NCBI GenBank assembly: GCA_040285745.1
Contig: JAUFOR010000005.1
Coordinates: 186,001 to 250,000, forward strand
From: Barthelona sp. PCE
Taxonomy: Eukaryota
DNA length: 64,000 nucleotides
Reading direction: 5' to 3'
In this document: one piece after another, positions 20,752 through 30,393 of the stretch
Layout of the letters: every line of letters begins with the position of its first letter
Numbering within the stretch: the stretch's first letter is position 1
Made by a program: the position numbers and the translations under genes
The notes under the pieces: generated by a model
What the model was told of the DNA's origin: nothing
The model's input: the letters and a program-made list of their open reading frames with translations, nothing else
Databases searched by the model: none

Positions 20752-23700
20752 ATGCACGAGAAGCTGAAATTTCTATTTCTGCTCGTTATTGTGTCTGCAT
20801 TCGTCAGACCCGCTTTTGCAGATATTAAATGTGGAGACGGAGGTTTAATCTATTGTACAGCCCTTAAACGATGCATGACAACGGGTGATCACGCTGCAGC
20901 GTGTACATCAGGCCCCGCGTCAACTCCTTTTCGATGCATTGACAACGTAACGAAGACTGTGGAATACCCTTCACAGTGTTGTCCCGCAGATTCAGAATCA
21001 TCAATGACATATTGTTGGGATGGATCGTGTGTTCCCTCATATCGTCAGTGCCCAAAACTGCAATGCACAGAAGATCCATCAAAGAACTATACGTGTCCCG
21101 ATACTGGTATATGTGTATCTTGCCCCACAGAGTGCCCGCGCCATACGTGCCCTGCCTCCTCTGTAGTGTGCTGGGACTCCAGCTGCGCTGAATCATACGA
21201 CAAATGCCCGTGCCCACCTCACAATCCATACCGTTGTCCAGCAACCGCATCTTCCCTTGGACTCATACCCGGGCAGTGTAGGTCTGATATCGAGCACTGT
21301 CCCAACGCAACAACTCTATGTCCCGCCGACAAGCCAGTGCGATGCACAGACGGTACATGTCAGGTTCAAGGGAAGTGTATTGAGCCAGCCGAATGTCCTG
21401 CCACCCAGGTCCGCTGCTCCGACGGTGTATGTCGCACGAACCGCGCAGCCTGCGATGAATACGTGCAGAACGGTTGTCATAAGGATACTCCATATCTTTG
21501 CGAAGCTGGTATGTGTGTCGCCACCCATCAAGAGTGCCCTAATCCCTGGGTCTGCCGCGATGCAGAAACACCGTATAAATGCCTCAATGGTTTGTGTGTG
21601 GATGCCCCTGAGCACTGCCCGCCATTAGCAGACAGTCAAGGACATTGTTTCAAAGAGAATATGAGGACAATGTGCGCAAACGGGCAGTGTGTCGAGCATT
21701 TTGATGTTTGCCCTGCAATTCAGCCACTTTCATGTGGTGAAGTCCCTGCCGCTAATTTATCAAAACAATGCCCAGACCACCTCCCTTATTATTGTTATGA
21801 AGGTGATATGTTTGGATCATGCGTTGCTAACCAGGCTGACTGTAATTTGATTGGAGGCTGCCCATCTCGTTATCCCCACCGTTGTTCAGATGGTTTGTGT
21901 GTAACTGGTTCTGCACAGTGTATCGATTCTGCAACTAAGCTCTGCAACGGATGCCCTTCAAACAAACCCAACAGATGCCCCAACGGTCTGTGCAAGGCGA
22001 GTGAAGGGGAATGTACGCTTGAGAATGGCTGCCCGTCATCATTGCCGTATTTATGCCCAGATGGTATGTGCCACCAACAATTGTCAGAGTGCCAGAATAG
22101 AACTGACACGTGCCCATCAAACTATCCTATCAGATGTCAGATGGGTGAGTGCGTTTCCAGTAGAGGAAACTGTAAGTCGCCTGATGGTTGTGAATTTGCT
22201 GGAAAATTCTTATGTATGGATGGCACATGTGTTAATGAAGCGAAACTTTGTTCCCCTACAATCATTTGCCCCAACGCCACGTGGCACATTTGCGCTAACG
22301 GTCAGGCTGTCGCTGATCTCGCCGATTGTGCAACGATGTGGAATTGTCCCGATGCAACACCATATCATTGTGGCCAGAAAGTTTGCGCAGAATCTGCCGA
22401 TAAATGTGTTTATGCAAACTGCCCGACAAGCGCACCTATACGCTGCTGGAACTATGGTTGTGTGAACAATATCACACAGTGTCCACCCCGTTATGGAGGA
22501 GGTTCATACGGTGATGTTTATGGTGGCGACTATGATAGATATTACTGGTCTGGAAACGTTACTGATATCGACTATCATGGTGGCCGTGGCACATACGAAG
22601 GCATTGACTACCATCTTGGCGGTGGTGGTTGGCTCGATGGTGAAACAGGTCCTACCGGTGGAGGCTGGGGTGGCCGTGGTGATGGTGGTGTCGGTGCTTG
22701 CCGTGGCGAGACTCCCTTCAATTGTTATGATGGAACATGCGCAAAGACACCATATGAGTGTTACGCTACATACAATGCCACGTGCGATTATATCACGTGC
22801 CCCGACGGATCATGCGTCACGTCAATGGATCAGTGCGAGGCCGTTCAAGCCTGTCCTGTCATTGCTCCAAAGAGATGTTGGGATGGAACCTGTATAGCAA
22901 TTGAGAAAGAGTGTCCTACGCCCCTACCTGGAGGTGAGGAGTGTGAAGAAGGTGGTATTCGTTGTGAAGACGGTGTGTGCCGTGAGGAATGCGCTGAAAT
23001 CAATGGTTGCCCACTCACCCACCCTGTTTCATGCATGGACGGTACATGCTCCATAGATGGAGAGAGCTGCACCCTTGAGTGTACCGGGGGACAGTTCAAG
23101 TGCTTTAACGGCACCTGCGTTGACAAGTTCGGACAGTGCGATCACCCAGTTCCCGCAACCATCAAAACAAGTTGCTTCACATACGGTCGTAACTCGTCCT
23201 CGGTTGTAGACACAGACATCGTGAGCGCATATGACGTCAATGTCACTCTTGGTCACGTATATATTCCACCGGAATCGTTCCTCTCCATGACTGGTATCGC
23301 CGCTGATGTTTCTGTCTGTGGTCTCACGGACAGCGAGATCTTTAACGTTACTGGAGAGATGACTGGTATCATATCACCAGTCACCCACATTGAGTTGGAT
23401 GGTGATGTTGAATTCGTAAGAGATCCAATGGAGGTATCTTTAATGACTCCTATTGATAACATGCAACCAGTTGAATCTTACTGTCTTGCACGAGTCGCAA
23501 ACACAACTGACGATGCCACAAATAGAACTGGAAACGGTTTCGTTTGTGTTGATGATAACGTCACACAAGATGATGATGGTAACCTTGTTGGTCGTACAAC
23601 AACAGCTGGTATCCTCGCCTTTGTCGAGAAGAGCGTCGCCGGCCCCGCATGTCAGATGCCTGAGCCTTATCAGTGTCCTGACTTTACTTGTGTTACAGAT

Positions 23701-23832
23701 TTTAAGGATTGTCCCTCTGAGCCATTTGTTCCTCCTGTTGAGCCTCCAGATCCAACGAATCCTGGTGGTTTTGCTGGTCGTTCTTCTGTGGGTTTCCTTG
23801 CTATTATTGTTAGCTGTTTATTCTTCTTTTAA
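20752..23832 (+). CDS. Secreted/surface cysteine-rich repeat protein with C-terminal hydrophobic (GPI-like) tail
   Basis: Signal peptide; many CP...P.RC.[DN]G.C repeats; Gly/Tyr-rich linker; hydrophobic C-terminus. Confidence 0.85.
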   Translation: MHEKLKFLFLLVIVSAFVRPAFADIKCGDGGLIYCTALKRCMTTGDHAAACTSGPASTPFRCIDNVTKTVEYPSQCCPADSESSMTYCWDGSCVPSYRQCPKLQCTEDPSKNYTCPDTGICVSCPTECPRHTCPASSVVCWDSSCAESYDKCPCPPHNPYRCPATASSLGLIPGQCRSDIEHCPNATTLCPADKPVRCTDGTCQVQGKCIEPAECPATQVRCSDGVCRTNRAACDEYVQNGCHKDTPYLCEAGMCVATHQECPNPWVCRDAETPYKCLNGLCVDAPEHCPPLADSQGHCFKENMRTMCANGQCVEHFDVCPAIQPLSCGEVPAANLSKQCPDHLPYYCYEGDMFGSCVANQADCNLIGGCPSRYPHRCSDGLCVTGSAQCIDSATKLCNGCPSNKPNRCPNGLCKASEGECTLENGCPSSLPYLCPDGMCHQQLSECQNRTDTCPSNYPIRCQMGECVSSRGNCKSPDGCEFAGKFLCMDGTCVNEAKLCSPTIICPNATWHICANGQAVADLADCATMWNCPDATPYHCGQKVCAESADKCVYANCPTSAPIRCWNYGCVNNITQCPPRYGGGSYGDVYGGDYDRYYWSGNVTDIDYHGGRGTYEGIDYHLGGGGWLDGETGPTGGGWGGRGDGGVGACRGETPFNCYDGTCAKTPYECYATYNATCDYITCPDGSCVTSMDQCEAVQACPVIAPKRCWDGTCIAIEKECPTPLPGGEECEEGGIRCEDGVCREECAEINGCPLTHPVSCMDGTCSIDGESCTLECTGGQFKCFNGTCVDKFGQCDHPVPATIKTSCFTYGRNSSSVVDTDIVSAYDVNVTLGHVYIPPESFLSMTGIAADVSVCGLTDSEIFNVTGEMTGIISPVTHIELDGDVEFVRDPMEVSLMTPIDNMQPVESYCLARVANTTDDATNRTGNGFVCVDDNVTQDDDGNLVGRTTTAGILAFVEKSVAGPACQMPEPYQCPDFTCVTDFKDCPSEPFVPPVEPPDPTNPGGFAGRSSVGFLAIIVSCLFFF

Positions 23833-23864
23833 ATAAAATAATTGTTAATAATTAAAAAGCTCCA

Positions 23865-24539
23865 TCAGTGCATTCTGTATGCGTCATAGTTCTTTGGTGA
23901 AGAACGGGGGGCGAGAGGGATACCCACTATTCGGCTTAAGGTCGGCTTGGGATACGTGGGTGTCGAAAAAGGACTGAGAGGAAAAACAGTATCAGAATCT
24001 ACGCCAGGGTCAGTTGAGATACTAGTTGAGAATGACGGAGTGACTGCTTCTTGGTCTAAAACATCGATGTCATCGATCAAGTCCTTGTTCAGCGCAAGCT
24101 TCGTTGAATGGATAATAGGGGTTGTTATACGTTCGTCATATACTGGCTGTGGACTAACTGAGCGTTTGCTCGGCATTTCTACCATCGAGAAACGTCGTCT
24201 CATCTGCCTGGAAGTGACTGGCATCTCCTTATCGGTCAAAGTGACGCCTACTCCAAGAAAATTGACAATATTAGGCAGCACACTGGTTGTAGCCAAAGTG
24301 TGCCTTCTTTTGGCCAATCTGGACCTGGGACTCTTATCTGGTGGCGGGGGACATCTCCTCTCCTCCTCTATGAGCTGCTGAAGGACAACATAAAACTCTT
24401 TATCACCCATTTTAAGATGACCATACTCCGCAGAGTTACAAATTCGATCTAGCGCACGCCGTCTTACATTGAGGTCGTAGCGGCTCAGGACAGCCGGGAT
24501 ATCGATGTTGAACGGCATTTGGCGGTCCTCACTGTTCAT
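23865..24539 (-). CDS. Hypothetical Ser/Pro-rich protein
   Basis: ATG at 24539; RRHT and RRFS kinase-site-like motifs; fills the gap between neighbours. Confidence 0.65.
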   Translation of the reverse strand: MNSEDRQMPFNIDIPAVLSRYDLNVRRRALDRICNSAEYGHLKMGDKEFYVVLQQLIEEERRCPPPPDKSPRSRLAKRRHTLATTSVLPNIVNFLGVGVTLTDKEMPVTSRQMRRRFSMVEMPSKRSVSPQPVYDERITTPIIHSTKLALNKDLIDDIDVLDQEAVTPSFSTSISTDPGVDSDTVFPLSPFSTPTYPKPTLSRIVGIPLAPRSSPKNYDAYRMH

Positions 24540-24615
24540 AAATAATGAAAAAAGATGCAAATGTAAAAAAAGCAAAATATAAAGTCTTCAATGGTTCGCA
24601 TTTTTTTTTTCTTTT

Positions 24616-25683
24616 TTAATCCGTTTTTGGAGTAAAATTCGAGCCAAAAACAGTCGACTCCGGGTCACGCAGCTCGGGCAATGTGTCGTACCACGGTGGA
24701 AGATCAGCTTCAGTGAAATCCCTCTCCAAAATAGTAAAAAAAACATCAAGCCTGAAATTATCAGCAAACCTATCGTCATGGTCTGCCTTGTCAAGGTTCT
24801 TCTTTGTCAATCGCATCATACGAAGCCCTCCCTTCCCGTATGACTCACTGTTCTCAAGCAGAAACGCAGTGTGGAAGGCTGTCCTGAACATTTGATTAGT
24901 CTTGAGCAGGCCGCTGTGGTTGAACCTCAGGAGGACATCGCCCTCCACCTCTATTTCAAACTCTAAAGTCACCATTGCGTCCGATGTTCCAAAGGGTTCT
25001 GAACTTCTCACTTCAAGCTTTTTCTCGAATGATTCGCTAATGATCAGCACCGGGTTACATCCGTTGCCGTCGAAGGATGGGACTGGGAAGAAGAGTACCT
25101 TCTCCAATCGTATACGGACTGGATACGGCAAAACACGACGCTGCAGAACTTCCTCGCAGTAACAAACGTATCTGCGCTGACTGGGCTTGGCAACCCCGTT
25201 GAACGCAGCGTTGCGCTTTGCTGCAAAGTAAAACATTGATTGCTCTGCTGTTCCAAACATCATAGAGTAAAGCATGTATGAAGAGATCACGGTGCCTGTG
25301 CGTCCCTTTCCGGCCTTGCAGTGGACGGCGGCGACGTTCTGCGGGGCAGCCTTTAGCCATTGATCCATTGTCCTGCAGATTCTAAACAAAAGTTCGAGCG
25401 TTGGTGGATGATGATCAGGGAAACTAAATTCTAATACGTTATGTGAGAATTCTTCACCTGCATAGTGCATCTCACTTACATTGAATATCATATAACTATC
25501 TTTATGATTTGATTCAAGAAATCGTGCAACTTCTTCACGCTTATTACGATATAATGATTGAATACCACTTGCTGGGAACGACATGGCGATGATTTTGGGG
25601 CTGATATAAGTGAGGTCGAGATTAAACTCGCTGTCATTGTATCTATGGTGTTTTTGAGATACAAGTTTACGAATAAAGTTCAT
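24616..25683 (-). CDS. PTEN: PTEN phosphatidylinositol phosphatase (phosphatase + C2 domain)
   Basis: MNFIRKLVS..RY..FNLDLTYI, FPDHHPP, HCKAGKGRTG, PSQRRYV, and C2-domain MFRTAFHT. Confidence 0.92.
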   Translation of the reverse strand: MNFIRKLVSQKHHRYNDSEFNLDLTYISPKIIAMSFPASGIQSLYRNKREEVARFLESNHKDSYMIFNVSEMHYAGEEFSHNVLEFSFPDHHPPTLELLFRICRTMDQWLKAAPQNVAAVHCKAGKGRTGTVISSYMLYSMMFGTAEQSMFYFAAKRNAAFNGVAKPSQRRYVCYCEEVLQRRVLPYPVRIRLEKVLFFPVPSFDGNGCNPVLIISESFEKKLEVRSSEPFGTSDAMVTLEFEIEVEGDVLLRFNHSGLLKTNQMFRTAFHTAFLLENSESYGKGGLRMMRLTKKNLDKADHDDRFADNFRLDVFFTILERDFTEADLPPWYDTLPELRDPESTVFGSNFTPKTD

Positions 25684-26048
25684 GGTGTAATGAAAGTGCG
25701 AAATCCGGGATGTGTGTGCAAATGGAAGGTGTGAGACCAAAAAAAAATGTTGAACCAAAGATCTTTAAAGTAAGAAAAAGGAAAAACACATTTAATGCTG
25801 AAAAACAATATCCACCATCGCTCTGCCGGCATAATTTGTCGTGAATTCCGACCACCCTCTATGATATCCTCATAATATGAGTTGGAAAAAAGTATTGAGT
25901 GCCTGCAATGTTCTACAATCTAACAAAACACACACCACATCATTAATGATGATAACTTATAATATTATTCCTAATAACATGCTTTTATAAACGTAACTAA
26001 GGCTGCAATAGCGTTATAACTTTTCTTTCCCTTCACACACTGTTCTGA

Positions 26049-29045
26049 ATGTCAGATTTCGAGTCAGAGGTGGAGGCCGATATTGGGGGATATACCGATC
26101 AGGAAACAGAGGATGAGCTTTATACAATAGATGAGGGGCATATCACACAAAACGACATCGATCTGGTCTTTTCACGTGTAGACAGCCTTGTTTCTGAGCT
26201 GCCTAACCTGTTATTCATCCAATCTACAGTGGAAGAGCGTGATACACAAATCGAAAAGATTCGCATGATGACATTAACACAGACCAATGTGCTGGACAGC
26301 ACCTCCCAAACACAGATCCGCAAGTATAAAATCAGTAAGAAAGAGTCTCTAAGGGCTTTTGTTGATAATGAATATGCAATTGCTTTGAATCATATTCAAC
26401 GTGCAATTCAACTCAAACCGAGATATGAGGAGGGATGGAAAATACTAGATGACATTATATCGCGCATTAAAAAAACCAACAGCAGTGATTCCAAAATTTT
26501 GTTGGATACCTGGATTCAAGTACGCGTAACAATCTGCAAGGCCAACATGTCTTTTCCCAGTATCTTCTTTGCTGAATTAATTGATGAGCTCATCAAAAAC
26601 AATCTTTTTGATTACGAAAAGCACAGCTTGATAATTGACAGAGGTATCACACATAAGACAGGCAGAGATGACCGTAGCAAGAACATGTATGCCAAATTCA
26701 GATGTCATGAATTGAGAATAGAACATTACATTGAAAATAAGAAAAAAGGCATCTTAAATACATACGATAGGAAGAAATTAAGGTTAGATATTGCTCGATC
26801 TGTCACATTCAACCCTAACGACCATGACTGGTTAATGAAATGTCTGGATTATTGTCATATTATAGATTCTCCAGAACTCATTAGTAATCTGTTAGGGAAT
26901 TCCATCGATCAATATCTAAAGATGGCTGCTGAGTGGGTGACGGTTTACCCGCTCGTCACTAGGTATGCCAAGGCAAAGAATGGTGAGATATTATATAAGA
27001 ATGGAATCCAAGAGAAACGAACATTGGCTGATCGTCAACGAGAACTCCATAAAGTTTTAGAGGGTTCCGTCATCGAGGCTGCCCTGTACGCGTACTCAAA
27101 GGGCCGGTACTCTTTTGCTGCTGATCTGGATATGGAGAATGCAAATCTTTTCAGTTACAGTGAATCCATTTTTATGTTAAATATTATTGAGTATCTTGAT
27201 AACGTGATCATTACGAACAAGCTAGACATGCACAAGGGCCGTATTAATGCGCTAAGTAAGCATGTTAGTAGACATGAAGGTGACGGGACGCCATTGACTT
27301 CTGTATTCCATAATGCTGATTTGTACAACATCATGCGTGCCATCCAGGATATCCAGAAGCATAAAAGCGAGACATCATTGTCAAGGACAAGTAACTTACA
27401 CAACTTTCAATCCCATTTCAGTAACAATGTACCGCAATATAGTTTAACTGATGCAGAAAATCGAAAGGCAAATCTTGAAGCACGTATAATGCTTGAGCTG
27501 ATACATTGCTTTGAATTTGATTCGGATAAAGTGTGGTTTTTGATTGAAATGCGAGATTATTTAGAGGGTTATTATCAAACTTTGAATAGAGAGGCACAAA
27601 TCCCAATGTATGCCTTTTTATTTGAGTTTTTTAAGGCTGTAGATCGTAATAATTTACATGAATTTCAAGCTTTTGATGAATTTATGGAGTTGCATGACAT
27701 TTTTCTTCCACAAAAAGCCATAACAACGTTTATGTCTAAGGCCCGATGGACCAGTTTGGATATCACAACTGTCCAACGTCGTCATGCTCCTCGCATTGTC
27801 GAAGGTCTTTATGATCTTTTGAATTTCCATGTAGGAACAATTTTTGCTTCTGGATTCAAGGGTTGGTTTGAATATTTGCAGTTACTGACTGTTGTTTTTG
27901 ATGTAATGGGACGATTCAAAAGTTCATTTGAGGATGAATCAAGGATTTTTAATGAGATCAACAATGAATGTATAGAGTTTTTTAAAAATATTAGATACGA
28001 CACGTTATATGATGCTATACGAGCGTGTGTGAGTCAGAAAGTGTTTATAATCGTCGAAAAGGCATTTAAAAGTGATAAAAAGATATTTGGCGAGTTCACA
28101 TCACTTTTGGAAGACGAATTTTTGTTCAATGCAATTTGGCCTATATTTGAAGATTATTTAACGCGTGGCCGTGGTTTTGTCACTCGTTGTTGTAAGTTTT
28201 TGTATCATTCTCAGCAAAATTCGGCCAATTTTTTGAACTTCAACGGATATATGTCAATGGCTCTTATCTTTTTTAATACACAACACAGGACGCTCAAACA
28301 CCCACAGTTCGTGACGTTCATTGCTGATTCTCTGTCTAAATTGAAGCGAATAATAGCTACCTCACATTTCAAGGATGATTTCCCAATTATTCTCAGTTCC
28401 TTAACTTTCTTTGACTTTTCACATAACAGAGATGTCCTTGATCTTCCCAAAACCATGGCCGAGATCATTGATAAGAATGATTTATTAATATACCTAACCA
28501 TTTTTATGAACAGCGTTTCCAGCTTGAATTACCAAACACGTATTCAATCTATCACAACAACACTGCTTTCTTATGATGAGAACGGACCGCTGAGCCTTTC
28601 TATGTCCAGTACTATGAGAGACCTTCAATTAACTCAAGAGTATGTTGTTTGTCTTTTAATGTTGGGTATTTTCCATTCCATGGATGCTCTAACAAAGGTT
28701 AAACCAACAACACCGTTGAACATGACGCATGCGTTCGCATACTTCAATAGAGCACAAGAGATTAATGAACGTTACCTGTCTCACATGGAACATATTCATT
28801 CACTGTATCAAATTACGATATATTTTAACATTGCAAAGTTTTACGAGCTAATGGGTGAGTTCTCACGTGCTGTTGTCGTTTATCAAGATGTGGATGACAT
28901 GTTAGAAAATGAAAAAGGAAAATTTTTCTCTCAATGGTATTCTTTCTATAAAAAGAGAGTTAAAAAGTGTCAAATTCAAGTGTTCACCGAATTAGAGCGC
29001 TTCGATGAGGCTGGTGCGATATTTAAAGAATTCTTTACCATATAA
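26049..29045 (+). CDS. Large alpha-helical protein with TPR-like repeats
   Basis: 998-aa ORF; ALNHIQRAIQLKPRYEEGW and YFNIAKFYELMGEFSRAVVVY. Confidence 0.75.
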   Translation: MSDFESEVEADIGGYTDQETEDELYTIDEGHITQNDIDLVFSRVDSLVSELPNLLFIQSTVEERDTQIEKIRMMTLTQTNVLDSTSQTQIRKYKISKKESLRAFVDNEYAIALNHIQRAIQLKPRYEEGWKILDDIISRIKKTNSSDSKILLDTWIQVRVTICKANMSFPSIFFAELIDELIKNNLFDYEKHSLIIDRGITHKTGRDDRSKNMYAKFRCHELRIEHYIENKKKGILNTYDRKKLRLDIARSVTFNPNDHDWLMKCLDYCHIIDSPELISNLLGNSIDQYLKMAAEWVTVYPLVTRYAKAKNGEILYKNGIQEKRTLADRQRELHKVLEGSVIEAALYAYSKGRYSFAADLDMENANLFSYSESIFMLNIIEYLDNVIITNKLDMHKGRINALSKHVSRHEGDGTPLTSVFHNADLYNIMRAIQDIQKHKSETSLSRTSNLHNFQSHFSNNVPQYSLTDAENRKANLEARIMLELIHCFEFDSDKVWFLIEMRDYLEGYYQTLNREAQIPMYAFLFEFFKAVDRNNLHEFQAFDEFMELHDIFLPQKAITTFMSKARWTSLDITTVQRRHAPRIVEGLYDLLNFHVGTIFASGFKGWFEYLQLLTVVFDVMGRFKSSFEDESRIFNEINNECIEFFKNIRYDTLYDAIRACVSQKVFIIVEKAFKSDKKIFGEFTSLLEDEFLFNAIWPIFEDYLTRGRGFVTRCCKFLYHSQQNSANFLNFNGYMSMALIFFNTQHRTLKHPQFVTFIADSLSKLKRIIATSHFKDDFPIILSSLTFFDFSHNRDVLDLPKTMAEIIDKNDLLIYLTIFMNSVSSLNYQTRIQSITTTLLSYDENGPLSLSMSSTMRDLQLTQEYVVCLLMLGIFHSMDALTKVKPTTPLNMTHAFAYFNRAQEINERYLSHMEHIHSLYQITIYFNIAKFYELMGEFSRAVVVYQDVDDMLENEKGKFFSQWYSFYKKRVKKCQIQVFTELERFDEAGAIFKEFFTI

Positions 29046-30360
29046 TTCGTTCAAAAATACCTTGACCGTTAACAATTGGTTTTTTAACAAAAATTACAGC
29101 AACTAGGACATTAATAACCAGAGAACCTGCAATGTTAACCATACGTACGTTAAGCAAACGGTTATTTGATCTCTTAAACGTGGGTAACAACAGCTTAAAT
29201 AAGAAAATGTATGGTATGTAGTATCTTGGTTCAAAAAGCGGGAATAATGCAAGAGTAAGTGTCAAGAATGCTATGTTTGAGTACGTTAACGGGAACATAC
29301 GTTGAGTTCCTATTCTTATATATACTATACTAAATGTGGCAGCAATGGAGATAATCCATTTACCTATTTCAGTGTTAATCACATCTTTATAGATGTAAAA
29401 GGTCAAATGCCGGTTATCAGCAAGGGTAAATGGATGAATATGATAGAAATTAAGTAAAATTCTCATTATAAGAACAGGTGAAAAATTTAGTAAGCAAACA
29501 GCGATGTAGTGCTTTGGATTTGTTGCTTTTATGAATTCTATGAATGTAAAGAGCACAGAGCTAGACCCCATATTGAAAATGAAAAAGAAAAAGAAAAACA
29601 TTGGAATTTGACCGAAATTCAAGACAAACTGATGATTTGAATGATCTCCAAGCGTTGCACTACCATTATTGAGCACCAAAAATGCGGCAAATGCTGCTCC
29701 TACAATGAGAAAACCCCACATTCTTTTAAGACTCGTAATCCACTTCGAAACGTTAAAGGGCGTCTTATGAACCTCAGATTTGAAGAAAAAGATAGCCATA
29801 CAGATGGAAAACACTGGGAAGATATATAATTGACGGCAAAACAAGCAAGATATACCGTATATTACTGATTTCACATTGCTCTTCTCCAAAGCAGCGTTTG
29901 TAAACAGAACAAAGAACATTAAGGCAATGCAGTCCGTGTAGTACAGCATAGACGACATCAGCAATGGACTGAAAAGCATAACCTCAAAGATAAATGAAAA
30001 AGATAACCATGGCACACGTTTAACAAGCTTCCAAAGCCCGTTAAACGTCACTGTCATGTACAAAACGTTGACATAGCGCATAAACTCCACGGTTGTTACG
30101 TAGTCAAGACGAGTTATGAAGTGGATAACTGTTGGCAAAACGTAAAGCCCCGGAGGAGTCGTAATCTTATCATTCCACTCCGTGAAGTGCCCATACATAT
30201 ATGTGTATGTCTGATTCGTGTGAAAGAATTCGTCTATGTACGGAAACTGGAGAAAACTGGAAAAGAAATGTATTAAGAAAAAAGAAACAAGTGCAAAAAG
30301 TGCATGGACATACAGCTTGTAGTCTGTAAGCCACGAATATAGAGTTGATTTAAATCCCAT
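29035..30360 (-). CDS. ALG10: Dol-P-Glc:Glc2Man9GlcNAc2-PP-Dol alpha-1,2-glucosyltransferase
   Basis: PYIDEFFH, WNDKITTPPGLY, LYYTD, RQ, HPFTLADNRH.TFY, EPRYY; multi-TM. Confidence 0.92.
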   Translation of the reverse strand: MGFKSTLYSWLTDYKLYVHALFALVSFFLIHFFSSFLQFPYIDEFFHTNQTYTYMYGHFTEWNDKITTPPGLYVLPTVIHFITRLDYVTTVEFMRYVNVLYMTVTFNGLWKLVKRVPWLSFSFIFEVMLFSPLLMSSMLYYTDCIALMFFVLFTNAALEKSNVKSVIYGISCLFCRQLYIFPVFSICMAIFFFKSEVHKTPFNVSKWITSLKRMWGFLIVGAAFAAFLVLNNGSATLGDHSNHQFVLNFGQIPMFFFFFFIFNMGSSSVLFTFIEFIKATNPKHYIAVCLLNFSPVLIMRILLNFYHIHPFTLADNRHLTFYIYKDVINTEIGKWIISIAATFSIVYIRIGTQRMFPLTYSNIAFLTLTLALFPLFEPRYYIPYIFLFKLLLPTFKRSNNRLLNVRMVNIAGSLVINVLVAVIFVKKPIVNGQGIFERIIW

Positions 30361-30393
30361 CGAAAGAAAAACCAAAAAAAAGCTAAAACATGT

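Noticed and set aside
25820-25845. U1-like Sm site GCATAATTTGT
   Set aside because: No other snRNA element upstream; probably chance.
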